Positions 1 to 9,559 of a stretch of 64,000 nt of DNA are shown here, piece after piece. This DNA comes from Longimicrobiales bacterium (GTDB taxonomy: Bacteria; Gemmatimonadota; Gemmatimonadetes; Longimicrobiales; Gaopeijiaceae). The position numbers and the translations under genes are program-made. The stretch lies in NCBI GenBank assembly GCA_965197725.1, contig CBDANQ010000058.1:28268-92267 (forward strand). The letters are read 5' to 3'. Numbering within the stretch: position 1 is the first letter of the stretch; each line of letters opens with the position of its first letter. The notes below the pieces were generated by a model that worked only from the letters and a program-made list of their open reading frames with translations, ran no database searches and was not told the DNA's origin.

Positions 1-448
1 CGAGACGGGCCAGAAATAAGGGTGCCTGTCCGGCTAGCTCGCCGAGTTGGGAAAGCGCCGCCGGCACGGCGAGGAAGATCAGCGCTGCAAGGATTCCCAC
101 CACGGGAAGGGTCAGAAGCACGATCGCGAGCGCTCGCGGCACGCTCCGACGTTCCAAGGCATCCACTACGGGGTCGAGCGCGTACGCGAGCACCACCGCC
201 AACACGAACGGAGCCAGCAGGGAGCCGGTCGTGGAGAGTAGCCAGATCATCGTCAGCACGCTCGCTGTGACCAGCAGCGCCATGTGGCCCTCCTTACCGC
301 GGAAGGGGAGCAGCACGGCCCAAAGCAGGAAGAACCCCAACAACGGGTTGAGGATCGTGCGCGTGGCGTACAAAAAGAAGCCGAGGACGAGGAGAACCGC
401 CGCTGCCTCGACAGCGCGCCAGACGGTGAGCTGCGTGCTGTCGCTCAT
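1..448 (-). CDS. AI-2E family transporter (PerM/UPF0118-like permease), 5' part only; the gene runs off the left edge
   Basis: Absent from the ORF track because it is partial. My reverse-strand translation from the ATG at 446-448 gives MSDSTQLTVWRAVEAAAVLLVLGFFLYATRTILNPLLGFFLLWAVLLPF...LAPFVLAVVLAYALDPVVDALERRSVPRALAIV. This multi-TM pattern is typical of AI-2E permeases. The ATG overlaps the NUDIX stop (ATGA). Confidence 0.6.
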   Translation of the reverse strand, partial: MSDSTQLTVWRAVEAAAVLLVLGFFLYATRTILNPLLGFFLLWAVLLPFRGKEGHMALLVTASVLTMIWLLSTTGSLLAPFVLAVVLAYALDPVVDALERRSVPRALAIVLLTLPVVGILAALIFLAVPAALSQLGELAGQAPLFLARL

Positions 449-894
449 TTGCTCTCAAGGCCCTCCATAACCACCTGCTGAGCGACCTTCATTACCTCGC
501 CAGCGTTGTCGTAGGTGATCTTCTTGTGCGCCTCCGCGAGTGGGACCCACAGGCTGTCCGAGATCCCTTCGGCCTTCTCGGGGATGGTGTCGCCGACATC
601 CGAATACATCAGGTAGAACGTGGTGAACTTGTGGATCTGGACGCCCTGGGCGCGAAAGTACCAGTCGATGGTGACGAGCTCGGCGCCCAGCCGAAGGTCC
701 TCGAGGCCCGTCTCTTCCGCCACCTCACGAAGCGCCGCCCCGGCTGAGGTCTCGTTGTCCTCGAGGTGCCCCTTCGGCAAGCCCCAGTTCCGGTACGGAT
801 CTCGGATCACAAGGGCATGTTTCACCCCCCCGATCTCTCGTAGGACTACTCCCCCCGCGCTCTTCTCGACCCTGATCGGCTGACTCGTCGACAC
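445..894 (-). CDS. NUDIX hydrolase
   Basis: 149-aa ORF with a Nudix box, GHLEDNETSAGAALREVAEETGL (GX5EX7REUXEEXGU pattern). Confidence 0.85.
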   Translation of the reverse strand: MSTSQPIRVEKSAGGVVLREIGGVKHALVIRDPYRNWGLPKGHLEDNETSAGAALREVAEETGLEDLRLGAELVTIDWYFRAQGVQIHKFTTFYLMYSDVGDTIPEKAEGISDSLWVPLAEAHKKITYDNAGEVMKVAQQVVMEGLESK

Positions 895-902
895 GTCAGA
901 AG

Positions 903-1895
903 TCAGAAGATTGAGAGCCGAACGTACTTGCGCGGGTTCTCACGCAGGTCCTGGAGGAGCAGGTCGATCTGAGCGAGTAGGTCCTCGGCGCGAATCGCGA
1001 GGGTACTGTCGACGAGCAGGCGGCCGAGCGCGCCTTGGCCGGACTCGAGCCGGGCCGAAATCCGATCGAGACGGGCGAACGTGGAGTCGGCGCGCTCGAT
1101 CGTGACCGCGATGCCGCCGGTAGACTCTGCGAGATCCGTGGCGATTTCCTGAATCCCAGTGGATGCAACTCGCACGTTCGCCACGATCGTGTCGATCTGC
1201 GCGTCGGTGAGAATCGATTCGATGCGTTCGAAGGAGCGGCGGGCCACGCGGGACGCTTGTTCGATCTCGGAGAGAGCGCTGTCCGCGCTCGCGGTGACGC
1301 TGCTCGCGACCGCCGACTGCTGCGCGACCAAGTCCCGGATCTCGAGGCTGATCGTATCCAGATTCGCAATCGCCGAGGCGAGCGCGGTCGCGGTCGAATC
1401 GTTGAACGCGAGACCGAGCCGGTCGGTGAGGTCCGCGAGGTTTTCCGAGATCAGATCGGCCGACGCCGACAGACGGGAAAGCTCAGGTAGCGCGTACCCC
1501 CCGAGCACGTTCGGGCTCTCGCCCTCCGGGACCTCGTAGAACGGGAAGCGCGGGAACTCCACCCTGCTCACGATTTCGGCTTGCCAATCCCCGAACAGGG
1601 ACTCAGGTCCGAGAATCACCGCCGGATCGGGCGGCAATACCACGTCCTGGTCGAGCAGGAGGGAGACGCGGACCGCTATGCCGTCGACGGCGATGTCCTC
1701 GACGCGCCCGATCCCGACGCCGAGATACTTGACGGCGTTGCCCTGGTTGAGCTGGCCCACTCCCCGAAGAAGCACGTTCACCTCGGTCTGCGGTCGCCCG
1801 AAGTTCGTGCCCTCGAGCCACAGTGTGCCAACGACCGCGGTCAAGCCCGAGACGATGATCACCAAGCCGACGAGCAACTCGCGGCCGCTGCTCAT
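903..1895 (-). CDS. MlaD/MCE family protein (ABC transporter periplasmic component)
   Basis: 330 aa. An N-terminal TM segment (LLVGLVIIVSGLTAVVGTLWL) is followed by an MCE-type domain (VNVLLRGVGQLNQGNAVKYLGVGIGRVEDI). The start overlaps the stop of the upstream ATPase (ATGA at 1892-1895). Confidence 0.8.
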   Translation of the reverse strand: MSSGRELLVGLVIIVSGLTAVVGTLWLEGTNFGRPQTEVNVLLRGVGQLNQGNAVKYLGVGIGRVEDIAVDGIAVRVSLLLDQDVVLPPDPAVILGPESLFGDWQAEIVSRVEFPRFPFYEVPEGESPNVLGGYALPELSRLSASADLISENLADLTDRLGLAFNDSTATALASAIANLDTISLEIRDLVAQQSAVASSVTASADSALSEIEQASRVARRSFERIESILTDAQIDTIVANVRVASTGIQEIATDLAESTGGIAVTIERADSTFARLDRISARLESGQGALGRLLVDSTLAIRAEDLLAQIDLLLQDLRENPRKYVRLSIF

Positions 1896-2641
1896 GGCGC
1901 GAGCCCCATAAGCTCCGGCTTGCCTTCGATGAACCCCTTCACGACGGGGTCCTCACACATCCGTACCTCTTCCGGTGTGCCTTCAAAACGGATACCTCCA
2001 TCGTAGAGCATCGCGACCCGATCTGAGATTCGGAAGGCGCTCTTCATGTCATGCGTGATCACTACCCCGGTCACTCCGAGTTCATCGGACATGCGCACGA
2101 TCAGCGCGTCGATCACTGCCGCGGTCACGGGGTCGAGACCCGTCGTGGGCTCGTCGTAGAGCATGTATTTGGGCCGGGTGGCGATAGCACGAGCAAAGCC
2201 GGCTCGCTTCCTCTGTCCTCCGGACAGCTCGGACGGGAGCCTCTGTCCATATCCCTCGAGGTCGACCAAATGCAAACACTCTGCCACGCGCTGGTCGATA
2301 GCCTCGTCGCTCGTGTCCCGCACTCGCCTCAGGCCCATGCCCACGTTCTTGGTGATGGTCATCGAATCGAACAGTGCCGCGAACTGGAACGCGAACCCCA
2401 CGTTCCGGCGCAGCCCGTATAGCGACTCCTGATCGAGACGGCTGACATTCTCATCATCGACATATACCTCACCACCATCCGGGCGGAGAAGGCCGACGAT
2501 GTGTTTGAGCGCGACGGACTTGCCCGAACCCGAAGCGCCGATGATGGAGAGCGTCTCCCCTTCGTTGATCGTGAGCGTGAAGCCCTTCAAGACCTGCTTC
2601 GTGCCGAACGCCTTTTCGACATCGAACATCTCGATGCTCAT
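1892..2641 (-). CDS. ABC transporter ATP-binding protein (MlaF-like)
   Basis: The ORF-track ORF 1892..3295 is over-extended. The plausible start is the ATG at 2639-2641 (MSIEMFDVEKAF...). Motifs: Walker A GASGSGKS, signature LSGGQRKR, Walker B MLYDEPTTGLD. The ATG overlaps the permease stop (ATGA). Confidence 0.9.
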   Translation of the reverse strand: MSIEMFDVEKAFGTKQVLKGFTLTINEGETLSIIGASGSGKSVALKHIVGLLRPDGGEVYVDDENVSRLDQESLYGLRRNVGFAFQFAALFDSMTITKNVGMGLRRVRDTSDEAIDQRVAECLHLVDLEGYGQRLPSELSGGQRKRAGFARAIATRPKYMLYDEPTTGLDPVTAAVIDALIVRMSDELGVTGVVITHDMKSAFRISDRVAMLYDGGIRFEGTPEEVRMCEDPVVKGFIEGKPELMGLAP

Positions 2642-3417
2642 AGCAACGTCGCCGCCCAGAAGGCATCGAGTGCCAGGATGATCATGGTCGAGATCACTGC
2701 GGCGCGTGTCGCCGAGCGCCCTACCCCCTCTGATCCACCGGTTGTGTGGAAGCCGAAGAAGCAGCCCACGGAGGTGACAGTCAGGCCGAAGCTCACCGAC
2801 TTGATGCCCGAGAACCACACGTCCCAAGGCTCGAAGAAAAGGCGAAGCCCCTTCAGAAACTCGAACGAGGACATGTCGAGCCGGAACATCGCGGTGCCGA
2901 GCCCCGCCATGATCCCCAACGCGTCGGCCAGTATCACGACGACCGGGAACATGATCGCACCGGCCACAACACGCGGAACGACCAGGTACGCGACGGGATC
3001 GTAGGCCAGGGTCTCGAGGGCGTCGATCTGTTCGGTCACCCGCATCGCGCCGATCTCCGCCGCAATGTTCGAACCGACCCGCCCGGAGAGAGCGAGGCCC
3101 GTGAGGACGGGCCCGAGCTCCAACACCATGGTCTTGCCCACGAGCGTGCCGACGATGTACAGCGGAACGGCGCCCGTGAATGTGTACGACGCCTGGATCG
3201 CGAGAACGATGCCCGTGAAGGTGGCGACGAAGAGCGCGATGGGGACCGACTCCACTCCGATCTTCCCCATCTGCTCGAGCAGCTGAGGCGCCCACAGCGA
3301 TTGCTTGCGAAGCGCCCGGGCCGCGTCAACGGCCAAGTACCCGGCCCTTCCCACAGCAGCCACGGTGCGCAGCGTCGTGCGTCCGATGGCCCGGATCGGG
3401 TGAACCATGTAAGGCAT
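2638..3417 (-). CDS. MlaE family ABC transporter permease
   Basis: 259-aa multi-TM ORF directly upstream of, and overlapping, the ATPase. The sequence pattern (e.g. MRVTEQIDALETLAYDPVAYLVVPRVVAG) is typical of MlaE/Ttg2B permeases. Confidence 0.85.
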   Translation of the reverse strand: MPYMVHPIRAIGRTTLRTVAAVGRAGYLAVDAARALRKQSLWAPQLLEQMGKIGVESVPIALFVATFTGIVLAIQASYTFTGAVPLYIVGTLVGKTMVLELGPVLTGLALSGRVGSNIAAEIGAMRVTEQIDALETLAYDPVAYLVVPRVVAGAIMFPVVVILADALGIMAGLGTAMFRLDMSSFEFLKGLRLFFEPWDVWFSGIKSVSFGLTVTSVGCFFGFHTTGGSEGVGRSATRAAVISTMIILALDAFWAATLL

Positions 3418-3431
3418 GGGGAGAGTGAGTC

Positions 3432-3785
3432 CTATCCGCCGGGAACGTCCTCGCTCTCGAGCGTGAACTCCACCTCCTCTTCCCTGCCGTGGCCATCAGG
3501 TAGCGCGTACGAGATGCGAATCCGCTTCACCGCGGCCCTCGGGTCCGTCAGAGCCACCTCGAAGTCCAACGCCTGGTCATGGGAAGTGATCCTCGTGCGG
3601 ACGCGAGCGCCGAGCTCGGCCTGAGGCAAACTCACCGGATTCCGAAAGAGGGTCTTCGTCGATTGGCGACCTGTTTCGAGCTGGCGCGTGACCTTCACCA
3701 GTTTCAGCCAATCCGGCTGATAGCTCACGCCGTACTCGAAGCCCCGCTGGTCGGCTCCGTTGCCCTCGCGATTGTGACGCGCCAA
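3432..3785 (-). CDS. hypothetical protein (start uncertain)
   Basis: ORF-track ORF 3432..4109 overlaps the S2P gene. An in-frame TTG at 3785 is preceded by GAGGAG (ccagaGGAGtcgggTTG) and gives about 117 aa (LARHNREGNGADQRGFEYGVSYQPDWLKLV...). No family recognised. Confidence 0.35.
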   Translation of the reverse strand: MARHNREGNGADQRGFEYGVSYQPDWLKLVKVTRQLETGRQSTKTLFRNPVSLPQAELGARVRTRITSHDQALDFEVALTDPRAAVKRIRISYALPDGHGREEEVEFTLESEDVPGG

Positions 3786-3934
3786 CCCGACTCCTCTGGA
3801 GAGGTGGGTTTTCAAGAAATGCGTAAACGAATGTTTTCTCAGCGACACCCAAATGTCAAGTTTTAGAGTCGTCACTTCGGCTGAAGCGTAACGCCGGGAA
3901 CGGTCCCGCAGGATCGCCTTGCTGGATTTTTCCG

Positions 3935-5146
3935 CTAAATGTTCAGCGGCACTGGAACAAAAGTCAGGAAAAATATCGCGACCAGCAGCCACCCCAAGGT
4001 CCTTCGCGCACGTCCGACACTCTCTTCTGGTTGCACGACCCTGGGGTGGTCTATTCGGCCCCGGTGCAGCACCATAATCAGCAACGCCCATGCCCACCAA
4101 CCCCACCAAAGAAGTCCGAGCGGGAGCAAGGCGACCATGAAGAGGCGCGCCGCCTTCCCCTGATGCTCAGGCATCAGCGCGTACAGGATGTGCCCACCGT
4201 CGAGTTGGCCGAGCGGGAGCAGGTTCAACGCGGTCACGAACAAGCCCAGCCAACCCGCGAGCGCGAGCGGGTGCAGAAGGATCGGGGTCTCGCCCAGCGC
4301 GCCGGGTGCGAGCCAGGTCGCGAGCACGTGGATGATCGCGCCGTTCCCGAGCCACACTGGCTGACCGGCGAACTGGATCAGGAACGGGGTCTCGATGGTG
4401 GCGCGCCCTGGTACGACCTGGGAGAGCGCCAGCCCGATGCCAAGCAGGGGTAGCGACAGCACAAAGCTCGCCAACGGGCCCGCCGCCCCGACGTCGAAGA
4501 GGATCGCTCGCCGGATGGTAGGCCCCTTGAGGCGAATGAACGCGCCCACGGTCCCGATGATCGAGAAGTACGGCGGGAACGGGATGAAGTACGGTAGCGT
4601 CGCACGGACCCGATTGACTCTAGCGGCTACGTAGTGCCCCATCTCGTGCGCGAGCAGCACGCCCATGAACGGGAGTGCAAACGGAGCCCCCAGCACGAGG
4701 CCGCTCCAGTTGAGACGGGTAGGGAATGGGATCGCCATCTCGCCCAAGCGGAAGACCTGCGTGGCGAGCGGATCGATTCCGACCATGAGAGCGCCAGCCG
4801 CCATCGTCGTGACCATCGTGGCAGCGAAGAGCGCCAGGTGGATCCACGGCCCTCGACCTCGTTCATCGGTCGCGTGGTACACCAGGGCGACTTGGGTGCG
4901 GTCGCCTTCGTGTTTTAAGTGGGCGGAGGCCGGCCACGCTTGAAGCGCGGCCTGTACTTCCGGGGATGCCCCCTTGAGATCCTCGCGGAGAGTGCCCTCG
5001 AGCAGCGTGTCGTGGCGAAGAGAGGTCAGCCGGTACTCGGCCAAAAGAGGCAGCCACAGGCCCGGATCAGGCTTGACCGTCTTTCTGAGAGCCATTAATG
5101 TGGTCTCAATCCCATAAAATCTCCGCAGGTCCACTGCGCCCGGCAC
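3935..5146 (-). CDS. site-2 protease family protein (peptidase M50)
   Basis: 403-aa polytopic ORF with the HExxH motif [13 protein letters not shown] followed by LPYFIPFP. The start could instead be the ATG at 5095 (MALRKTV...). Confidence 0.8.
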   Translation of the reverse strand: MPGAVDLRRFYGIETTLMALRKTVKPDPGLWLPLLAEYRLTSLRHDTLLEGTLREDLKGASPEVQAALQAWPASAHLKHEGDRTQVALVYHATDERGRGPWIHLALFAATMVTTMAAGALMVGIDPLATQVFRLGEMAIPFPTRLNWSGLVLGAPFALPFMGVLLAHEMGHYVAARVNRVRATLPYFIPFPPYFSIIGTVGAFIRLKGPTIRRAILFDVGAAGPLASFVLSLPLLGIGLALSQVVPGRATIETPFLIQFAGQPVWLGNGAIIHVLATWLAPGALGETPILLHPLALAGWLGLFVTALNLLPLGQLDGGHILYALMPEHQGKAARLFMVALLPLGLLWWGWWAWALLIMVLHRGRIDHPRVVQPEESVGRARRTLGWLLVAIFFLTFVPVPLNI

Positions 5147-5282
5147 GTCCCCGAGCCACGGGAAAAGACGTCAGCGGGCACCGACTAGGCATTCGCGATC
5201 CCTCGGTCGATTCCTTCTTTTCCACTCCGCAGTACCCGGTTCAGCCGGCAGTTGTAGTCCACACTCATCGGAGCCCTCGCTC

Positions 5283-6542
5283 GTGGACATCGCAGAGCTA
5301 AAGAACAAGAGCGTCGGGGACCTACACGACCTCGCGGAGGAGTTGAACATCAGCAACTTCACGGGCCTCCGCAAGCAAGACCTGATCTTTAAGATCGAGC
5401 AAGGCCTGCTCGAATCGGAGGTGGTTCTTCGCGGAGAAGGGGTCCTCGAGATCCTCACGGAAGGGTACGGCTTCCTGCGTTCGCAGGACTGGAATTATCT
5501 GTACGGTCCCGACGACATCTACGTCAGTCCGTCGCAGCTCAAGCGCTTCGATCTGCGTACCGGCGACGTGATCGGCGGACAGGTTCGTCCGCCAAAGAGT
5601 GGCGAGAGGTACCTCGCTCTTCTCAAGGTCGAGTCCGTGAACGGCCTCGACCCGGAGGATGCGAAGAATCGGGAAAGTTTCGACAATCTCCGGCCTCGCT
5701 ATCCCGAGGAGAGATTGAAGCTCGAAGTGCTCGGCGAACAGGGAAGTCTCTCCATGCGTGTCATCGACCTGATCGCCCCGATCGGGAAAGGTCAGCGAGG
5801 CCTGATCGTGTCCCCTCCGAAAGCGGGCAAGACCACGATCCTCCAGGAGATCGCCAACTCGATCACCATCAACGAGCCCGACGTGCATCTCATCGTCTTG
5901 CTCATCGACGAGCGACCCGAAGAGGTCACGGACATGGAGGAACAGGTCGAGGCCGAGGTCATCTCGTCAACCTTCGATGAGCCCGCCGAACGTCATGTCC
6001 AGGTCGCGGACATGGTGATGGAGAAGGCGAAGCGGCTCGTCGAGCACGGGAAGGACGTGGTGGTGCTGCTCGACTCGATCACCAGGCTGGCGCGCGCTTA
6101 CAACACCACTATGCCGCACTCCGGCCGAATCCTGTCGGGAGGCGTGGACGCGAATGCGCTACAGAAGCCGAAGAGGTTCTTCGGCGCGGCGCGGAACATC
6201 GAGGGTGGCGGATCGCTCACCATCGTCGCGACCGCGCTCATCGAGACCGGTAGCCGCATGGACGAAGTGATCTTCGAGGAGTTCAAGGGCACGGGAAACC
6301 TGGAGCTGGTCCTGGATCGCGAGATCTCCGACCGGCGAATCTTCCCGGCGATCGACCTCAACCGGTCGAGTACACGGAAGGAGGAGTTGCTACTCAACGA
6401 GACGGAGCTCAACCGCATCTATCTGCTTCGGAACTTTCTGGCGGACATGCCTCCGGCGGAAGCGATCGAGTTCTTGCTTTCGCGGATGAACGGGACGGAT
6501 AGCAATCAGGAGTTCTTGGACTCCATGGCTCGGGGGGAGTAG
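5283..6542 (+). CDS. rho: transcription termination factor Rho
   Basis: 419 aa. It has a Rho N-terminal/CSD region ([17 protein letters not shown]), Walker [10 protein letters not shown] and a conserved C-terminus ([19 protein letters not shown]). Confidence 0.95.
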   Translation: MDIAELKNKSVGDLHDLAEELNISNFTGLRKQDLIFKIEQGLLESEVVLRGEGVLEILTEGYGFLRSQDWNYLYGPDDIYVSPSQLKRFDLRTGDVIGGQVRPPKSGERYLALLKVESVNGLDPEDAKNRESFDNLRPRYPEERLKLEVLGEQGSLSMRVIDLIAPIGKGQRGLIVSPPKAGKTTILQEIANSITINEPDVHLIVLLIDERPEEVTDMEEQVEAEVISSTFDEPAERHVQVADMVMEKAKRLVEHGKDVVVLLDSITRLARAYNTTMPHSGRILSGGVDANALQKPKRFFGAARNIEGGGSLTIVATALIETGSRMDEVIFEEFKGTGNLELVLDREISDRRIFPAIDLNRSSTRKEELLLNETELNRIYLLRNFLADMPPAEAIEFLLSRMNGTDSNQEFLDSMARGE

Positions 6543-6683
6543 CGCTTCGGAGCGGGCTGACGAGCCGGGGCCTTCCCTTCGCTCAGACATCGTTTTCCCC
6601 GCTTCCCTTTCCCCGGCCACTACGCAATGTCGCTGCGGGAAGGACCCCAGCTCCTCAGCCTCGGCCGCGCCTCCGACCCTTTG

Positions 6684-7130
6684 TTAGTTCTGGCGGCGTT
6701 GTTTGCCGGATACTAGGACGTCGTAGGTGGCTCGTTGGGCGGGGCTCAGGGTGGCGGGGAGGCTTACTAGGAGGGCTCGCAGGCCTTGATTCTGCGGCAG
6801 GTGGAGCACGAGTTGGTCGGGTGACGTTGGTGGTTCGTAGGGGTGGGCGCACCCGCTGGTATCTATGCTCACGGCACGGCCCGGAGCGAGCGACTCGGCG
6901 AGCATGTGGCCGTACTCGGCCCACGCGATGAGCGGGTCGACCGAACCGGCGGCGATTTCCGGGATTAGCCGGTCCTTGTAGTAGGCAACCGCTTCGGAAT
7001 ACGCGGCGGCATCGACGCTCTTGAGCTCGCGCAGCCTGTCCCGGTAGAACTCACGGGGGTCGCGCGCACCGGAGGACTCGAGGGCTTCCCGAAGGCGGCG
7101 GTCGGCTTCTGCCGTATGGTCTTCGGACAT
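6684..7130 (-). CDS. hypothetical protein
   Basis: The ORF extends to 7166. The ATG at 7130 (MSEDHTAEADRRLREALE...) has GAGGTG about 13 nt upstream. No family recognised. Confidence 0.45.
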   Translation of the reverse strand: MSEDHTAEADRRLREALESSGARDPREFYRDRLRELKSVDAAAYSEAVAYYKDRLIPEIAAGSVDPLIAWAEYGHMLAESLAPGRAVSIDTSGCAHPYEPPTSPDQLVLHLPQNQGLRALLVSLPATLSPAQRATYDVLVSGKQRRQN

Positions 7131-7168
7131 GGCGGGAAGGATCACCTCATGGCGGGGTAGTTGCAACG

Positions 7169-7685
7169 ATGTCGCCTATCGAATCATCGTTCGAGTACCT
7201 GGACCTCTCCTGGGAGATGTTCGGAGAACTCTGTCGCGCGCTCGCGCTCAAGGTGGCTCGAGACTATGACCCGGACGTCGTCGTTGGCATCGCTCGAGCG
7301 GGAGCACTCCCGGGCGCGGTCGTGGCCACGATTCTCGGCGTCGATATTCTACTCGATGAAAATCTCGAGGAAGGGTGACGACAACGAAGTGCGTGAGCGG
7401 CCGGAGATCCTCTCGGCGGCTCCCCGCGAGGTCGAGAGCCAACGGGTGCTGATCGTCGACGAGGTAACCACCTCCGGAGCGACCCTTCGGCTCGCGCTCG
7501 CCGTGGTGCGCGACACCCACCCCATCGAGGTCCGGACCGCCACCAGCTTCGCGCGCACGCGCGGCTACAAGCCGGACTACTTCGCGCTGGAGACCGATGC
7601 CGAGGTGGTCCTCCCCTGGGATCACCACCTCTTGGAAGACGACGAGTTCGTCGCGAACCCACGGTACGGGGACGCGGTAGACTAG
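7169..7685 (+). pseudogene. phosphoribosyltransferase (Gpt/HPRT-like), interrupted by a +1 frameshift near 7346
   Basis: The N-terminal half is in frame 2 (MSPIESSFEYLDLSWEMFGELCRALALKVARDYDPDVVVGIARAGALPGAVVATILGVD, stop at 7376-7378). The C-terminal half, with the PRPP loop VLIVDEVTTSGATL, is in frame 0 (…FYSMKISRKGDDNEV…LPWD). Skipping one base joins the halves. Confidence 0.7.
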
Positions 7686-7744
7686 ACGACCGAGGTGGGG
7701 CCCTCTGTACATCTCGCCCCGCGTCCCTGGGACACCTAGTTTAC

Positions 7745-8666
7745 GTGTCCACCCGTTTTTTTGGCCGCCGCCTCACGCTTTCCCAGGAGTTGCAAGTGGA
7801 GTTCGAGCCGGTCATTCAGCATTGGCTGGCAGCGGTCGCTCAGGCGGCCGACCTCCCCGGCATGGAAGAGCTGAGCGTCGACTCGGAAACCGAGCTCGCG
7901 GGCGCCTGGGATCTCGTCAGCATGGCCACCGGGACCCCTCACGACAAGTTGGCCGAGCGCGTCGCGGCACACTATCGACTCGTGGTCGCGGACCTGTCCA
8001 CGGCCGATCCCCACGCGCGCAGGCTGATCCCGGGGGTTATCGCGAGAAAGCGCAACGTCGTCCCGCTGCGGTACACGGACCGTTCGCTCGTGATCGCCAC
8101 GGCCGACCCAGTCAGCATGGAAGCGGAGAGCGAGCTACATAAGATCTCATCACGAACTGTGCACTTCGAAGTGGCTACGCCCGCATCACTCGCCGCCGCC
8201 GTACTCGATATCTATCCGGAGGAGGAGGGGCTACGTCACGAGGTGCCTCTGCTCTCGCACGAAGCGAAGGGCGGGCCTCGCATCCTGGTGGTCGATGATG
8301 ACGCCTCGATGCGGCTACTCCTCACTACGATGCTTTCCGAGAACGGCTTCCGGGTCGCCGAGGCCACGGACGGCCCCGAGGCGCTCGCGATGCTGCGAGG
8401 CGACGACCCGTTCGACCTCGTGACGCTGGATCTGCGCATGAAGGAGATGCACAGAGGTTCTTCATCAGATCCGCTCACGGCTTCCAACGGCAGATCTTCC
8501 TGTGATCGTCGCGACGGGTTCGGGCGACCCCGCGGTAGAGATGCAGCTATTCGAGGCGGGCGCGGACGACTTCGTGGTCAAGCCCGTCGATCCACCGCGT
8601 TTCCTGCTGCGGATTCGAGCGGTGCTCCGGCGGCGGAGTTCCAACCCGCTGGCCGATCTCTTCTAG
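7745..8666 (+). pseudogene. response regulator with an N-terminal T2SSE_N/MshEN-like domain, interrupted by a +1 frameshift near 8450
   Basis: GspE-N-like segment: IPGVIARKRNVVPLRYTDRSLVIATADPVSMEAE. The receiver domain then starts (RILVVDDDASMRLLLTTMLSENGFRVAEATDGPEALAMLRGDDPFDLVTLDLRMKEM). The rest of the receiver (EVLHQIRSRLPTADLPVIVATGSGDPAVEMQLFEAGADDFVVKPVDPPRFLLRIRAVL, stop at 8664-8666) is in the next frame. The ORF-track tail 8460..9169 is spurious read-through. Confidence 0.65.
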
Positions 8667-8704
8667 AAGGGCTCGGGGTCAGTCGGTACGCCGATGGGCA
8701 CCTC

Positions 8705-9559
8705 CTAGAAGCGCCCCCGGGCCCGCTCCTTCCCGGGGAGGATCTCCAGGCAGGTGGTCCACCAACCGGTGAGAATCGTCTGCACGAACTCCTCCGGCAG
8801 CTCCTCGGACCGCATCTCGACGGCGAGCGCCTGGTGATCGTACGTGACGGGGACGAACTCGACCGACAGCTCGCGCCCCGCGGCCTGGAGCACCGCATAC
8901 CAGACCTCGGTTCGCCCATCATTCGCGGGCCGCCCCAGAGCCCCCACGTTGACATAGGCGCCGGCGGTGGCATCACGGATCGAAGGCGGTGCACTCAGAT
9001 CGCCCCACCTCCGCGTCCAGTGGATACCGGTATGCGTGCCAAGGATCACGTCGGCCTCACTGTCGCTCGCGAGCTTGTGCAGGAAGTGCGTCGGCGTGGT
9101 GGACTCCCACAAGAACTCATTGATCTGCCGAGGACTTCCGTGACACGCCACGACGGAAAGTGCCCCTAGCTGGAAGCGCAGCTCCCTCGGAAACGTGCCC
9201 ATCCACGCCCGATGCTCGGCTGAAGTGTTCCGGAACGTGTACTGGTACGACAGACGCGCGTACTGGTTGTCACGAGGGTCGGTGTACCCGCACTGGCAGT
9301 CGTCAAGTCCGCGTGCGACGGAGTCGTCGTAGTTCCCGCGCACGACCGGGATGCCGGCCTCCTTCAGGACGCCCGCTGTCTCGTCAGGGTGAGGGCCGAA
9401 CCCGCCAAGGTCGCCGAGGCAGATGATCTCGTCGACATCCCTCGCCCGTGCGTCCGCGATGGCAGCGTGGAGGGCGAGATGGTTCGAGTAGACCCCGCCG
9501 AAGACGGCGATCCGGTGGTACGCCCGCTGCGCTTGGGGAGCGACTCGACACGGCCTCAT
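8705..9559 (-). CDS. metallophosphoesterase family protein
   Basis: MPP motifs are present: IAVFGGVYSN, ICLGDLGGFGP, VRGNYD, VVACHGSP, ILGTHTG. The likely start ATG at 9559 overlaps the stop of the radical SAM gene (ATGA at 9556-9559). Confidence 0.8.
   Translation of the reverse strand: MRPCRVAPQAQRAYHRIAVFGGVYSNHLALHAAIADARARDVDEIICLGDLGGFGPHPDETAGVLKEAGIPVVRGNYDDSVARGLDDCQCGYTDPRDNQYARLSYQYTFRNTSAEHRAWMGTFPRELRFQLGALSVVACHGSPRQINEFLWESTTPTHFLHKLASDSEADVILGTHTGIHWTRRWGDLSAPPSIRDATAGAYVNVGALGRPANDGRTEVWYAVLQAAGRELSVEFVPVTYDHQALAVEMRSEELPEEFVQTILTGWWTTCLEILPGKERARGRF

Noticed and set aside
3854-3859. A TTGACA hexamer (minus strand) with AAACAT 17 nt downstream, upstream of the hypothetical gene at 3785.
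   Set aside because: The match to a sigma-70 -10 box is poor. The promoter consensus for this lineage is unknown to me, and the region also lies inside an alternative longer ORF.
8460-9169. The C-terminal 240 codons of ORF 7745..9169.
   Set aside because: After the receiver frameshift the frame is Arg/Gly/Pro-rich nonsense, antisense to the metallophosphoesterase gene. The true receiver C-terminus is in another frame and ends at 8666.
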